Shown here: positions 1 to 9,639 of the stretch, one piece after another
How the letters are laid out: the number at the start of each line of letters is the position of its first letter
Numbering within the stretch: the stretch's first letter is position 1
Assembly: GCA_030390025.1 (NCBI GenBank)
Contig: CM059432.1
Span: forward strand, 12,028,001-12,092,000
Direction: 5' to 3'
DNA: 64,000 nt
Source: Squalus acanthias
Lineage: Eukaryota
Program-made: the position numbers and the translations under genes
Notes under the pieces: generated by a model
What the model was told of the DNA's origin: nothing
Database searches by the model: none
The model's input: the letters and a program-made list of their open reading frames with translations, nothing else

Positions 1-190
1 AGGCAGGGAATTCCAGAGCTTAGGGCCCAGGCAACAGAAGGCACGGCCACCAATGGTTGAGCGATTATAATCAGGGATGCTCAAGAGGGCAGAATTAGAG
101 GAGCGCAGATATCTCGGGGGGTTGTGGGGCTGAAGGAGATTACAGAGATAGGGAGGGACGAGGCCATGGAAGGATTTGAAAACAAGGATG
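1..190 (-). mobile_element. L2-clade LINE 3' fragment
   Basis: Nearly the same as 54320-54430 and similar to 24930-25095, both parts of fragments ending in the L2-type tail (ggcgctatataaat..caagttgttgttg on the - strand). Confidence 0.6.
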
Positions 191-929
191 GCTTCAACAA
201 CAATGGCTCCTGGGCTGGCAGCTCCTTACTGAGCCGCTCTTCACTTCAACTGTATCCGTGGTCATCCATTGCCATCCTTTGCCCTTTCTTCCCCCAATCT
301 CCTTTCTTCCATTGCTTAAGATACCCCGCCTCTGATAGTGAAGGCATTTCAGCCCAAACTACAAGTTCAAACTACAAGTTTAAAGCTACCCCTGCCCAGT
401 CCACTGCCCATCCCCCGACCCTGTGTGTCTTTGTTCTCACTGAGCTCCTTCAACTGCCGGAACTCTGCTGAAACTTGACCTCCAGACAAGGAGGAAAAAG
501 GAGTTTGGACACACAGGGAAAAGACAGAAGTGCAGGGAGAGAGGAATGGTAAAGCACGTTGGGAAGTGAGAGAAGATCAGGTACATAGAGGAAGAGAGAG
601 AAAATTTCAGACACAGAAGAGAGTGATAGACGTTGAAGACACAGGGAAATAAGAGGCATTGAGAGAATGATAGAGAATCTCAGACATACTGCAAAGAGAG
701 AAATACAGACATAGGGATGCGGAGTGAGAGAAAAACTCAGGATTATTTGGAAATAGAGAAGCACTAACGGAGGAGGGAGATAAAGAGGCAGGGAGAGAAT
801 TCGAGGAGAGTATTAAATACTTTATTCTAATTGGCACTACTGAGCGACAGTAGCACAGGAAGTGGGATTGTGCCAAAATACCTCGATGGGAGATTGAACC
901 TGTGTAAGCCTCTCTGCTGTTGAATCCAT

Positions 930-1440
930 TATCCAAGCTATTGTCATCCCCAGACTTGATTATCCACTGGCCTTCCTTTGTCTATCCTCTATAAACTCCA
1001 ACTTGTCCAAAACGCAGTTGCCTGCCTTTTGTCCCACACTAAATCCCACTCGCCCATCACCCTCGCAGACCAACTCCCTGTCCCCTAAAATTAAAATTCT
1101 TATCCTCATCTTCAAATCTCTCCATGGACTTGCTCCACCCTACCTCTACAACATCCTCCAAGTTTATTTCCCCTCCCACACCTTTCCATCTTCTGATTCT
1201 GGCCTGCCAGACATCCCCACCTTTTCCCAATCATTGATGGTGGAGCTTTCAGAAAACTCCGGGCTACGCTCTGGAACTCCCTTCCCTATATCTCTCTCAA
1301 CTGCCCTCTCCTTTAAAAACTCCTCAAAACCCATCTTCTCAACCCATTCTAAACGTACTCTGCTGCCTCAGTCTTCAGTAATGTGCATTTGGGACATTTT
1401 GTATGTTAAAGATGCTATATAAATGCAAGTTGTTGTTGAT
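930..1440 (+). mobile_element. L2-clade LINE 3' fragment (decayed)
   Basis: Translation KIKILILIFKSLHGLAPPYL; ends in gctatataaatgcaagttgttgttg. Confidence 0.7.
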
Positions 1441-1874
1441 GAGGAACACATTGCTTTGTACACCATTCCTTGCCTGGTTGAACTCAGTCTGTGCTTACCT
1501 TGCAAAGCGAGGTGAGAGATTTTGAAGGCCTTTGAGAAATATCAAAACCTAGCCAAAGGGATCCGTGAAACACTCCAAACGCCCACATTGTTTAACCTGA
1601 TAAAGGAAAAGAATAGAATCACGAATGCCTGACTGACCAGTCAGAACCCAGATTGCAAATGCACATGTGTTGGCCCAGTTCCAGATGTTAAGAACGCACT
1701 CCCATGCTGGACACAGTACGCCCTTTCATGTGATGTTCTTCCGATTGGCCCGATAATTTTACATAGAACAAGTAGTCTTTCAACAATGATGGGAAAACCA
1801 TAGTGGAGGAGACTGGGGGAAGCAAAGAGGAAACACTTATTATGCCATTGTTGGAAGAAATGGAGAAGTGTCTA

Positions 1875-2580
1875 GACCTCTAGGGCATGTGGTTAGGATT
1901 TGGAATGCACTGCCTGATAGGGCGGTGGGAACTGAGTCAATAGTAGCCTTCGAAAGGGGAATTGGATAAATAAGAACATAAGAAATAAGAGCAGGAGTAG
2001 GGCATATGGCCCCTTGAGCCTGCTCCGCCATTCAATAAGATCCTGGCGGATCATCGACCTCAACTCCACTTTCCCGCCCGATCCCCATATCCCTTGATGC
2101 CCCTAGAGTCCAAAAATCTATCGATCTCAGCCTTGAATATATTCAAAGACTCAGCATTCACAGCCTTCTGGGGCAGAAAATTCCAAAGATTCACAACCCT
2201 CTGAGTGAAGAAATTCCTCCTCATCACAGTCTTAAATGGCCGACCCCTTTATCCTGAGACTATGCTCCCTAGTTCTAGACACTCCAACCAGGGGGAAACA
2301 ACCTCTCAGCATCTACCCTGTCAATCCCCTTCAGAATCTTGTATGTTTCAACGAGATCACTTCACATTCTTCTAAACTCCAGAGAGTACAGGCCCATTCT
2401 GCACAATCTCTCATCGTAGGACAGCCCTCTCATTCAAATATTTGAAGCAGAAAAAAATTGCAGGGCTATGGGGAAAGAGCGGGGGAATGGGAATAACTGG
2501 GTTGCTCTTCGAAAGAGCCGGCGCAGAATTGATGGGCCGAATAGTCTCCTTCCGTGCTGTACTATTCTATGATTCTATGT
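1875..2580. mobile_element. CR1 LINE 3' fragments (a - strand copy at about 1973-2432 nested in a + strand copy)
   Basis: CR1 RT C-terminal sequence and 3' UTR (gaatggcggagcaggctc...; tail attctatg). Confidence 0.7.
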
Positions 2581-2806
2581 CTTGAGAATGGGGAAGCAGC
2601 TAATTCATATTGTTGACTGGTGCTTATTTTATCACATACACACTCTGGCTGCTCATTCCGTAGACGCAACCAGACAGCAGAAGAGAGCTACAGGCTTTGA
2701 GTACAGGAGTAAAGAAGTCTTACTCCAATTATATAGGGCCTTGGTGAGACCACACCTGGAGTACTGTGTACAATTTTGGTCTCCTTACCTAAGGAAGGAT
2801 ATACTT

Positions 2807-3000
2807 TGTGGTAACACAATACAGCTTCCTGTGACTCGAACTTTATTACATCACTTCCTGTGATTAGTCCAGGATAAATACTGGGCTGATCAGTTGGATC
2901 CTGGAGAGGCATAGAGTAAGACCTCTTTTGTATGTAGCACCTTTTTAGTTGATTAAAGCTTACTTTAAGTTCACCACGCGTAAGGCTCATTCTTACGACA
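2807..3000 (+). repeat. 5' LTR (194 bp)
   Basis: Identical to the 3' LTR except for one T in a poly-T run; TATA-like gataaata at 2873-2880; ATTAAA at 2952-2957. Confidence 0.95.
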
Positions 3001-3078
3001 ATTTAATCAACTTTGAAAAACTTCGCACTCAAACTTTTTGGACGAACTCGGAACTAAGGATCCAGGGAATCACCCATC

Positions 3079-6000
3079 ATGGAAAACATCCTTAAACCAT
3101 CGCGTCTTGACTTGGACCCAAACACCCCAGCAGCCGGTAAGGTGTGGAAACACTGGTATCGCACGTTTGACAATTTTCTCGAATATTGCAAGGCTGATGA
3201 TGACTCAAAATTGCGGATACTCATCAACTGTGTCACCCCGAATGTATTTCAGTATGTCGAGGAATGGGGCAGTTACGAGGAGGCAATTCGGACGCTTAAA
3301 AGACTATATACTAAGACACCGAATGAGGTCTATGCCAGACATCTACTAGCTACAGCCCAACAAGGGCCGGAGGAATCCATTGATAAATTCCTCCAAGAGC
3401 TTCGCAGACTTAGTATGGACTGTAACTTTCAGGCGGCCTCAGCTGAGCTGTACCGTGAAGAAATGATCCATGATGCTTTCATCTGCGGGCTTGCCTCCCC
3501 ATTTATACGCCAGCGTCTACTGGAAAGTAAGACACTTGAGCTTCAGAGAGCTTATGACATGGCTTGCTCTCTAGATCTGACAAAAAGAAATGCAGACCTT
3601 TATACAGTGCCCAGACCTCGGTCTGCTGCCTTAACTACAGTCAGGCAATTTAAGAGGCCACAGGTGAACTCTATTAGGGAGGACTTTATCCCTGACGATC
3701 AATCTGATGACTTCACTGATGAAGAGGATGATGATCCCACTGTGGCAGCCTCTTGGCAATCTAAGAAATGCTTCTTTTGTGGTGATGAGTTTCACCCTCG
3801 GAAATTCTGCCCTGCTCGCAATGCGTTTTGCAGTCATTGCAACAAAAAGGGTCATTTTGCAAAGGTTTGCCTATCAAGAGCCTCTACGAGGGCTTATCAA
3901 GCTAAGTCCTACCGAACTGCCCCGGTAAGGGCCTATCAAGATGTTCCGGCTAAAATCTATCGTGCTTCCTCTCGGGTTTTCTCTCGAAGAAACACACCTA
4001 GAGTTTCAGCCACTCTTTGTGCAACGACACCAATTACAGCTGCTTGTCCTCAGAACCTATTCCATGCAGCTACAAAAGCATCAATTAATGGACATACTTT
4101 AGATGCCTTAATTGACTCAGGTAGCACTGATAGTTTCATTAGGGAACAGATTGTTGCAGAGTTAAAGCTACATGTTTTCCCATCGGACCAGGCAATTGCG
4201 ATGGCTCAGTCATCACTTAATACCAGAATTTCTGGCTTTTGTATGGTTGAAATAACACTTAATGGTCACAGGTATCCCTCCACCCGGCTTTCGGTGCTCA
4301 AGGACTTATGTAGTGATCTTATCTTAGGGCTAGATTTTCAAAAGCAGCATAAGAAGCTCACCATTGAGTTCGGCGGATCCAAACCTGAACTCACTATTTC
4401 TAATATACGACCTCGATTACCGTTCTGTGCATTGTCAGCAGCTTCACTGGATGAACCCTCACTGTTTACCAGTATCCCTCCTCGATGCAAACCGATTATA
4501 ACAAAGTCACGACGTTTCAGTCAGGAAGACCAGTCTTTTATTGCGGCTGAGATTTCTCGGCTTTTAGCAGAGGATATCATCGAGCCTTGTTCGTCGCCAT
4601 GGCGCGCCCAGGTCGTTATTGTTAAGAACCCTCTACAACCTCACAAGAAACGGCTGTGCATTGACTATTCACAGACCATCAATCAATATACGGACTTGGA
4701 CGCATACCCATTGCCGCGCATCGATGATATGGTTAATAAACTGGCTGAGTACACGGTGTTCTCAACATATGATCTGAAAAGTGCCTATCATCAGGTACCC
4801 TTGAAGGTCTCAGACAAGCAGTATACGGCCTTTGAAGCCAATGGACGGCTGTATCAATTTCGTCGCCTCCCCTTTGGGGTCACTAATGGAGTGGCTGTCT
4901 TCCAGCGAGCAATGGATGACCTGGTCAAACAGGAAGACTTAAAGGATACGTTTCCTTATCTGGACAATATTACTGTCGCAGGTCGCAATCAGCGGGAACA
5001 TGACGCCAATCTCCAACGATTTTGGGATGCACTCCAGCACCGTAATTTGACATTAAATGCGGCTAAATCCATTGAGTCACAACCAACCATCAACATCCTT
5101 GGCTATTGTGTGGGCAATGGCATCATTAAACCTGACCCTGAAAGGCTTCGCCCACTCCAAGAACTCCCGCCACCTAAGAATCCAGCCTCCTTGCGCCGGG
5201 CCCTCGGCCTGTTTGCATACTATGCTAAATGGATTCCTAACTTCTCGGACCGAATCCAACCTCTACTGAAGGCCAGCACATTCCCACTAGACACAGCGGC
5301 TGTTGCAGCCTTTAACCTCCTGAAAAAACAGTTGGAGAAAGCGGCTCTTCACTCCATCGATGAGAGTCTTCCTTTTGTTGTTGAGTGTGATGCCTCGGAG
5401 GTGGCGATCTCGGCCACTCTGAATCAGGAAGGTCGTCCGGTGGCATTTTTGTCCAGGACTTTTCAAGGGGCTGAGCTACATTATCCTCCAGTCGAGAAAG
5501 AAGCTACAGCCATCATAGAGGCAGTACGGAAGTGGACTCATCTCCTAGCTCGCCAGCACTTTACCTTAATCACGGACCAGCGATCGGTCGCCTTCATGCT
5601 CGATAATCGAAAATGGACCAAAATTAAAAATAATAAAATCCAGCTTTGGCGGCTGGAATTGGCCTCTTTTGGTTACACCATCCACTATCAACCTGGCAAG
5701 GAGAATGTGGCTCCGGATACCCTCACACGAGCATTCTGCTCCGCCATGGCACCCTCTACGCTCGTAGACATCCATGATGGGTTGTGTCATCCGGGCGTTA
5801 CTCGCATGCTACACTTCGTGCGGTCCCGAAATCTCCCATTCTCTACCGGGGATGTAAAGAAGATGTGCTCGGACTGCAGAGTCTGTGCGGAATTGAAACC
5901 TCAGTTTTTCCGCCCCTCGGGTGGTATACTCATACATGCGACCCAGCCAATGCAACGGCTTAGCATCGATTTTAAGGGGCCGTTGCCCTCTTCAACTCGC

Positions 6001-7029
6001 AACACTTATCTATTGACCATGGTCGATGAGTATTCCCGTTTTCCATTTGCCTTTCCCTGCCCCAATATGCTGACGACCACGGTTATCAGCTGCCTTGAGC
6101 AGGTATTTGCTTTCTGTGGCATGGCATCCTATGTTCATTCGGATCGGGGCCCTTCTTTTATGTCAGGAGAACTCAAGGCCTATCTCTCGGAACGGGGTAT
6201 TGCTGCCAGCAGAACGACGCCTTATCATCCGGTCGGGAATGGGCAAGTCGAGCGTTTTAACGCTATCATCTGGAATGCGGTACGTCTGGCTTTGAGATCT
6301 CGGGGCCTACCCAACCAGCAATGGGAAGCAGTACTTCCAGACGCATTACACTCCACACGGTCCCTCCTTTCGACCGCCACAAATATGACGCCTCATGAAC
6401 GGTTCTTCCGATTTCAGCGTCGCTCATCCTATGGGATATCTCTCCCGTTGTGGCTGACTGCACCGGGACCAGTGCTACTCCGAAGATATGTTCGGGCGTC
6501 TAAGAATGACCCCCTGGTAGATGAGGTTGAGCTCACTGACGTCAACCCTACCTACGCCTATATTCGGTATCCTGACGGTCGGGAATCTACCGTGTCATTA
6601 CGGGATCTGGCTCCCTGCCCACCGAAACATAGAAGGACACCAGGGGATGATATTGTACCAGGCACATCTCTGGGCTCGCCAGGTGCCTCTCATCACGATC
6701 TGGATCTGACGCCGGCTGGTACCTCACTCCAGCGTGCCGACCTGGGGCAGACTGACTACGAGCCCGTCGGGGCTCGCACGCGCAGCCACGATCCACCCCA
6801 TACCATACGCTCGGAAACGGATCTACCACAGCCCTGCCTGACACCCGTTCGGGCACCAGTACACAGTCAGGATCGTCCTGACCCCTCACAGAGCGGGCTG
6901 GATCACTCGGACTCTGGTCCACGGCCCGCGACGGGTAAACGGGCTAGGGGCCCTCTACCGCTACGAGAACCCAAACGGGTGCGGCTCTCCCTCGTCCAGC
7001 GGCTACGAAATGGAGGGAGAATGTGGTAA
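3079..7029 (+). CDS. Gag-Pol polyprotein, 1316 aa, uninterrupted
   Basis: Two zinc knuckles (CFFCGDEFHPRKFC, CSHCNKKGHFAKVC); protease ALIDSGS; RT LPFG...YLDN; RNase H CDAS/EKE/TD; integrase HHCC plus IDFKGP/HSDRG/VERFN (DDE). Confidence 0.95.
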   Translation: MENILKPSRLDLDPNTPAAGKVWKHWYRTFDNFLEYCKADDDSKLRILINCVTPNVFQYVEEWGSYEEAIRTLKRLYTKTPNEVYARHLLATAQQGPEESIDKFLQELRRLSMDCNFQAASAELYREEMIHDAFICGLASPFIRQRLLESKTLELQRAYDMACSLDLTKRNADLYTVPRPRSAALTTVRQFKRPQVNSIREDFIPDDQSDDFTDEEDDDPTVAASWQSKKCFFCGDEFHPRKFCPARNAFCSHCNKKGHFAKVCLSRASTRAYQAKSYRTAPVRAYQDVPAKIYRASSRVFSRRNTPRVSATLCATTPITAACPQNLFHAATKASINGHTLDALIDSGSTDSFIREQIVAELKLHVFPSDQAIAMAQSSLNTRISGFCMVEITLNGHRYPSTRLSVLKDLCSDLILGLDFQKQHKKLTIEFGGSKPELTISNIRPRLPFCALSAASLDEPSLFTSIPPRCKPIITKSRRFSQEDQSFIAAEISRLLAEDIIEPCSSPWRAQVVIVKNPLQPHKKRLCIDYSQTINQYTDLDAYPLPRIDDMVNKLAEYTVFSTYDLKSAYHQVPLKVSDKQYTAFEANGRLYQFRRLPFGVTNGVAVFQRAMDDLVKQEDLKDTFPYLDNITVAGRNQREHDANLQRFWDALQHRNLTLNAAKSIESQPTINILGYCVGNGIIKPDPERLRPLQELPPPKNPASLRRALGLFAYYAKWIPNFSDRIQPLLKASTFPLDTAAVAAFNLLKKQLEKAALHSIDESLPFVVECDASEVAISATLNQEGRPVAFLSRTFQGAELHYPPVEKEATAIIEAVRKWTHLLARQHFTLITDQRSVAFMLDNRKWTKIKNNKIQLWRLELASFGYTIHYQPGKENVAPDTLTRAFCSAMAPSTLVDIHDGLCHPGVTRMLHFVRSRNLPFSTGDVKKMCSDCRVCAELKPQFFRPSGGILIHATQPMQRLSIDFKGPLPSSTRNTYLLTMVDEYSRFPFAFPCPNMLTTTVISCLEQVFAFCGMASYVHSDRGPSFMSGELKAYLSERGIAASRTTPYHPVGNGQVERFNAIIWNAVRLALRSRGLPNQQWEAVLPDALHSTRSLLSTATNMTPHERFFRFQRRSSYGISLPLWLTAPGPVLLRRYVRASKNDPLVDEVELTDVNPTYAYIRYPDGRESTVSLRDLAPCPPKHRRTPGDDIVPGTSLGSPGASHHDLDLTPAGTSLQRADLGQTDYEPVGARTRSHDPPHTIRSETDLPQPCLTPVRAPVHSQDRPDPSQSGLDHSDSGPRPATGKRARGPLPLREPKRVRLSLVQRLRNGGRMW

Positions 7030-7092
7030 CACAATACAGCTTCCTGTGACTCGAACTTCATCCCGGCCTCCTAATCTTTTGGGGGGGGAGAA

Positions 7093-7287
7093 TGTGGTAA
7101 CACAATACAGCTTCCTGTGACTCGAACTTTATTACATCACTTCCTGTGATTAGTCCAGGATAAATACTGGGCTGATCAGTTGGATCCTGGAGAGGCATAG
7201 AGTAAGACCTCTTTTGTATGTAGCACCTTTTTTAGTTGATTAAAGCTTACTTTAAGTTCACCACGCGTAAGGCTCATTCTTACGACA
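7093..7287 (+). repeat. 3' LTR (195 bp)
   Basis: Preceded by PPT ggggggggagaa and followed by TSD TACTT. Confidence 0.95.
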
Positions 7288-7996
7288 TACTTGCCATAGA
7301 GGGAGTGCAACGAAGGTTCACAAGATTGATTCCTGAGATGGCGGGACTGTCGTATGAGAAGAGATTGAGTAAACTAGGCCTGTATTCTCTTGAATTCAGA
7401 AGAATGAGAGGGGATCTCATTGAAGCATACAAAATTATTGCAGGGCTTGACAGGATGGATGCTGGGAGAATGTTTCCCTTGGCTGGGGAGTCTAGAACCA
7501 GGGGCCACAGTCTCAAAAGATAAAGGGTAGGCCATTCAGGACTGAGATGAGAAGAAATTTCTTCACACAGAGGGTGGTGAATCTTTGGAATTCTCTACCC
7601 CAGAGGGTTGTGGAGGCTCAGTCATTTGGGTATATTCAGAACAGAAGTCAATAGATTTCTGACTAGTAAGGGCATCAAGGGATATGGCGATAGGGCCGGT
7701 GAATGGAGTTGAGGTAGAAGATCAGCCATGATCTCATTGAATGGCGGAGCAGGCTCGAAGGGCCAAATGGCCGACTCCTGCTCCTATTTCTTATGTTTAT
7801 TGCACTGCTAACGTGCTTACGATATAACTAGCGGCTGTAGCATTGCACTGCTGTTTGGGAGCAAATAAAATTGGTGAAATGCGTTCCAATTGACTCTTTG
7901 ATTCGTGAAGCGTACTGCTGCATGGATCCGCATGTATTGATCAACAGGATGTAACGATCAAACATAGGGCTGCCCAAACTGAATTACACTATTACA

Positions 7997-8185
7997 AATG
8001 CAAGATACTGCGGAGACTGGAAATCTGAAACATAAACAGAAAATGCTGGAAACACTCAGCAGGTCGGGCAGCATCTGTGGAGAGAGAAACAGAGTTAACG
8101 TTTCAGGTGGACGACCCTTCATCAGTTCTCCACAGATGCTGCCTGACCTGCAGAATATTTTCCAGCATTTTCTGTTTATAGTTCT
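7997..8185. mobile_element. Short fold-back Penelope-derived (putative) element with a hammerhead-like core
   Basis: Inverted arms (aaaatgctgga..caggtc..gcagcatctgtggaga / tctccacagatgctgcctgacctg..tccagcatttt); - strand CTGATGA..GAAACGTT. Confidence 0.6.
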
Positions 8186-8344
8186 GAATTATACTACGTT
8201 ATCTTGCTGTATCTTACAGCTTCTATGTATTATCCAACCTGAAAATAAATCGGACTTAGTTTTAGCTTGTGAAAATTGGTCCGACGAGGCATTTGCTTTA
8301 TAGAGTCAGGTGAATGTGGCGGGCATCCTGTGTGATCGCCAGTG

Positions 8345-8697
8345 TTAAATAAATCTGCAATATAAAGCTAGTATCAGTAATGGTGACCATGAAACTATCG
8401 GATTGTCGTAAAAACCCATCTGGTTCACTAATGTCCTTTAGGGAAGGAAATCTGCTGTCCTTACCCGGTCTGGCCTATATGTGACTCCAGACCCACGGCA
8501 ATGTGGTTGACTCTTAACTGCCCTCTGAAATGGCTTAGCAAGACACTCAGTTGTAAAAAAAACTGCTACGCACCACATGGACTGCAGCAGTTCAAGGCAG
8601 CGGCTCACCACCACCTTCTCAAGGGCAACTAGGGATAGGCAATAAATGCTGGCCTTGCCGGCGACGCCCACATCCCAGGAACGAATAACAAAAAAAA
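8345..8697 (+). mobile_element. SINE (5'-truncated) sharing its body and tail with the LINE at 49623-52775
   Basis: Body ggattgtcgtaaaaacccatctggttcactaatg...; tail ggcaataaatgctggccttgcc..cccacatccc followed by A-run. Confidence 0.8.
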
Positions 8698-9138
8698 TAC
8701 CGCAATTAGAGGGTAATTATTAACCATGGACACGTGCAAAGATGCAGGTTTTGGTCCATAGGAGGCACAGTCCCCTTATGGAAGTCGACCTTGCAGTCAT
8801 AAAAAATTGCAGGAAAGCATGAACTGTAACAGTGCTCCCAAATTATCCCAGGTTGTGTTGAGTATAACTGGCTCAGCAGGAGTAAAAGGATTGATTGGAA
8901 TTGACACACTGGCCCGGAATTTGCACAAGGATCTCGCTCGCAATGGGCTGAATGGCCTCCTTCTTTGCTGTTTCATTCTATGATTCTACCTTACTTAATT
9001 TTCAAGGCACCAGAAGCCTCATCCCTCTGATCCCTGGGCCAGCAGCTCTTGCGCCAGTGGCCAATCTCCAAGTTTCTTTCTGCTGCCAACCAGCTGATTC
9101 TCATGTGACCCTCTCCCTCCTCTCTCTCTCTCTCCATC

Positions 9139-9287
9139 ATGGATGTTATGGCGTCTCGGGGCTGTGAGCTTCTCCGGGCTGTTCTCTTGCTGTCCTGCCT
9201 GTCCTTGGGGGCCACCTGGCTATTCTCGAACCCCGACCTGCCGTGCCACAAGCCGCTGGCACCAGCCGGGAGAGTCCGCAGTCTCAA
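9139..9287 (+). CDS. CTSZ: Cathepsin Z exon 1 (signal peptide plus short propeptide)
   Basis: MDVMASRGCELLRAVLLLSCLSLGATWLFSNPDLPCHKPLAPAGRVRSL; donor AA|gtaagg in phase 2, matching exon 2; ATG at 9148 is an alternative start. Confidence 0.8.
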
Positions 9288-9639
9288 GTAAGGAGCAATG
9301 CTGGGAACACAGGAACATTGTGGTTGTGCCCGAGGACGGGGCAGGAACCCGTGCCCGGGGGTCGGGGGGATGTCACTGGTTTATTGGCCTCTGAAAATAA
9401 GATGCATCTCCCGGCGGATCCCTCCCTGTCGCTGCAAAAACCCGCACCAGACCCTCGCGGACTGCCCCAGCCCAGCCCTGGGGTTTAACAGCACCGGCTC
9501 GGTACCCGGGACAGGCGGAGCTTCAGAGCCGCCCTCCAGCCAGGGACATCTCCCCGGCACAGCGCCGCTCTTTGTGACCCTCTGTCCGGGCGGCCGAAAG
9601 CTGCCGAGGGAGAGATGGGCCGGCGGTGCTCGCTCACTT

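Larger units (their letters stand above)
2807..7287 (+). mobile_element. Full-length Ty3/Gypsy LTR retrotransposon
   Basis: TG...CA LTRs at 2807-3000 and 7093-7287; 5-bp TSD TACTT (2802-2806 and 7288-7292); PPT 7081-7092; single gag-pol ORF with PR-RT-RH-IN order. Confidence 0.97.
2690..7800 (+). mobile_element. CR1 LINE 3' fragment split by the Gypsy insertion (pieces 2690-2806 and 7288-7800)
   Basis: [38 protein letters not shown] before the insertion continues as AIEGVQRRFTRLIP after it. Confidence 0.9.

Noticed and set aside
3001..3020. Canonical tRNA primer-binding site
   Set aside because: No TGG after the LTR; the sequence instead complements the LTR.
9143..9394. 83-aa ORF as the CTSZ N-terminus
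   Set aside because: Wrong frame; the frame starting at 9139 gives the signal peptide, propeptide Cys and correct splice phase.
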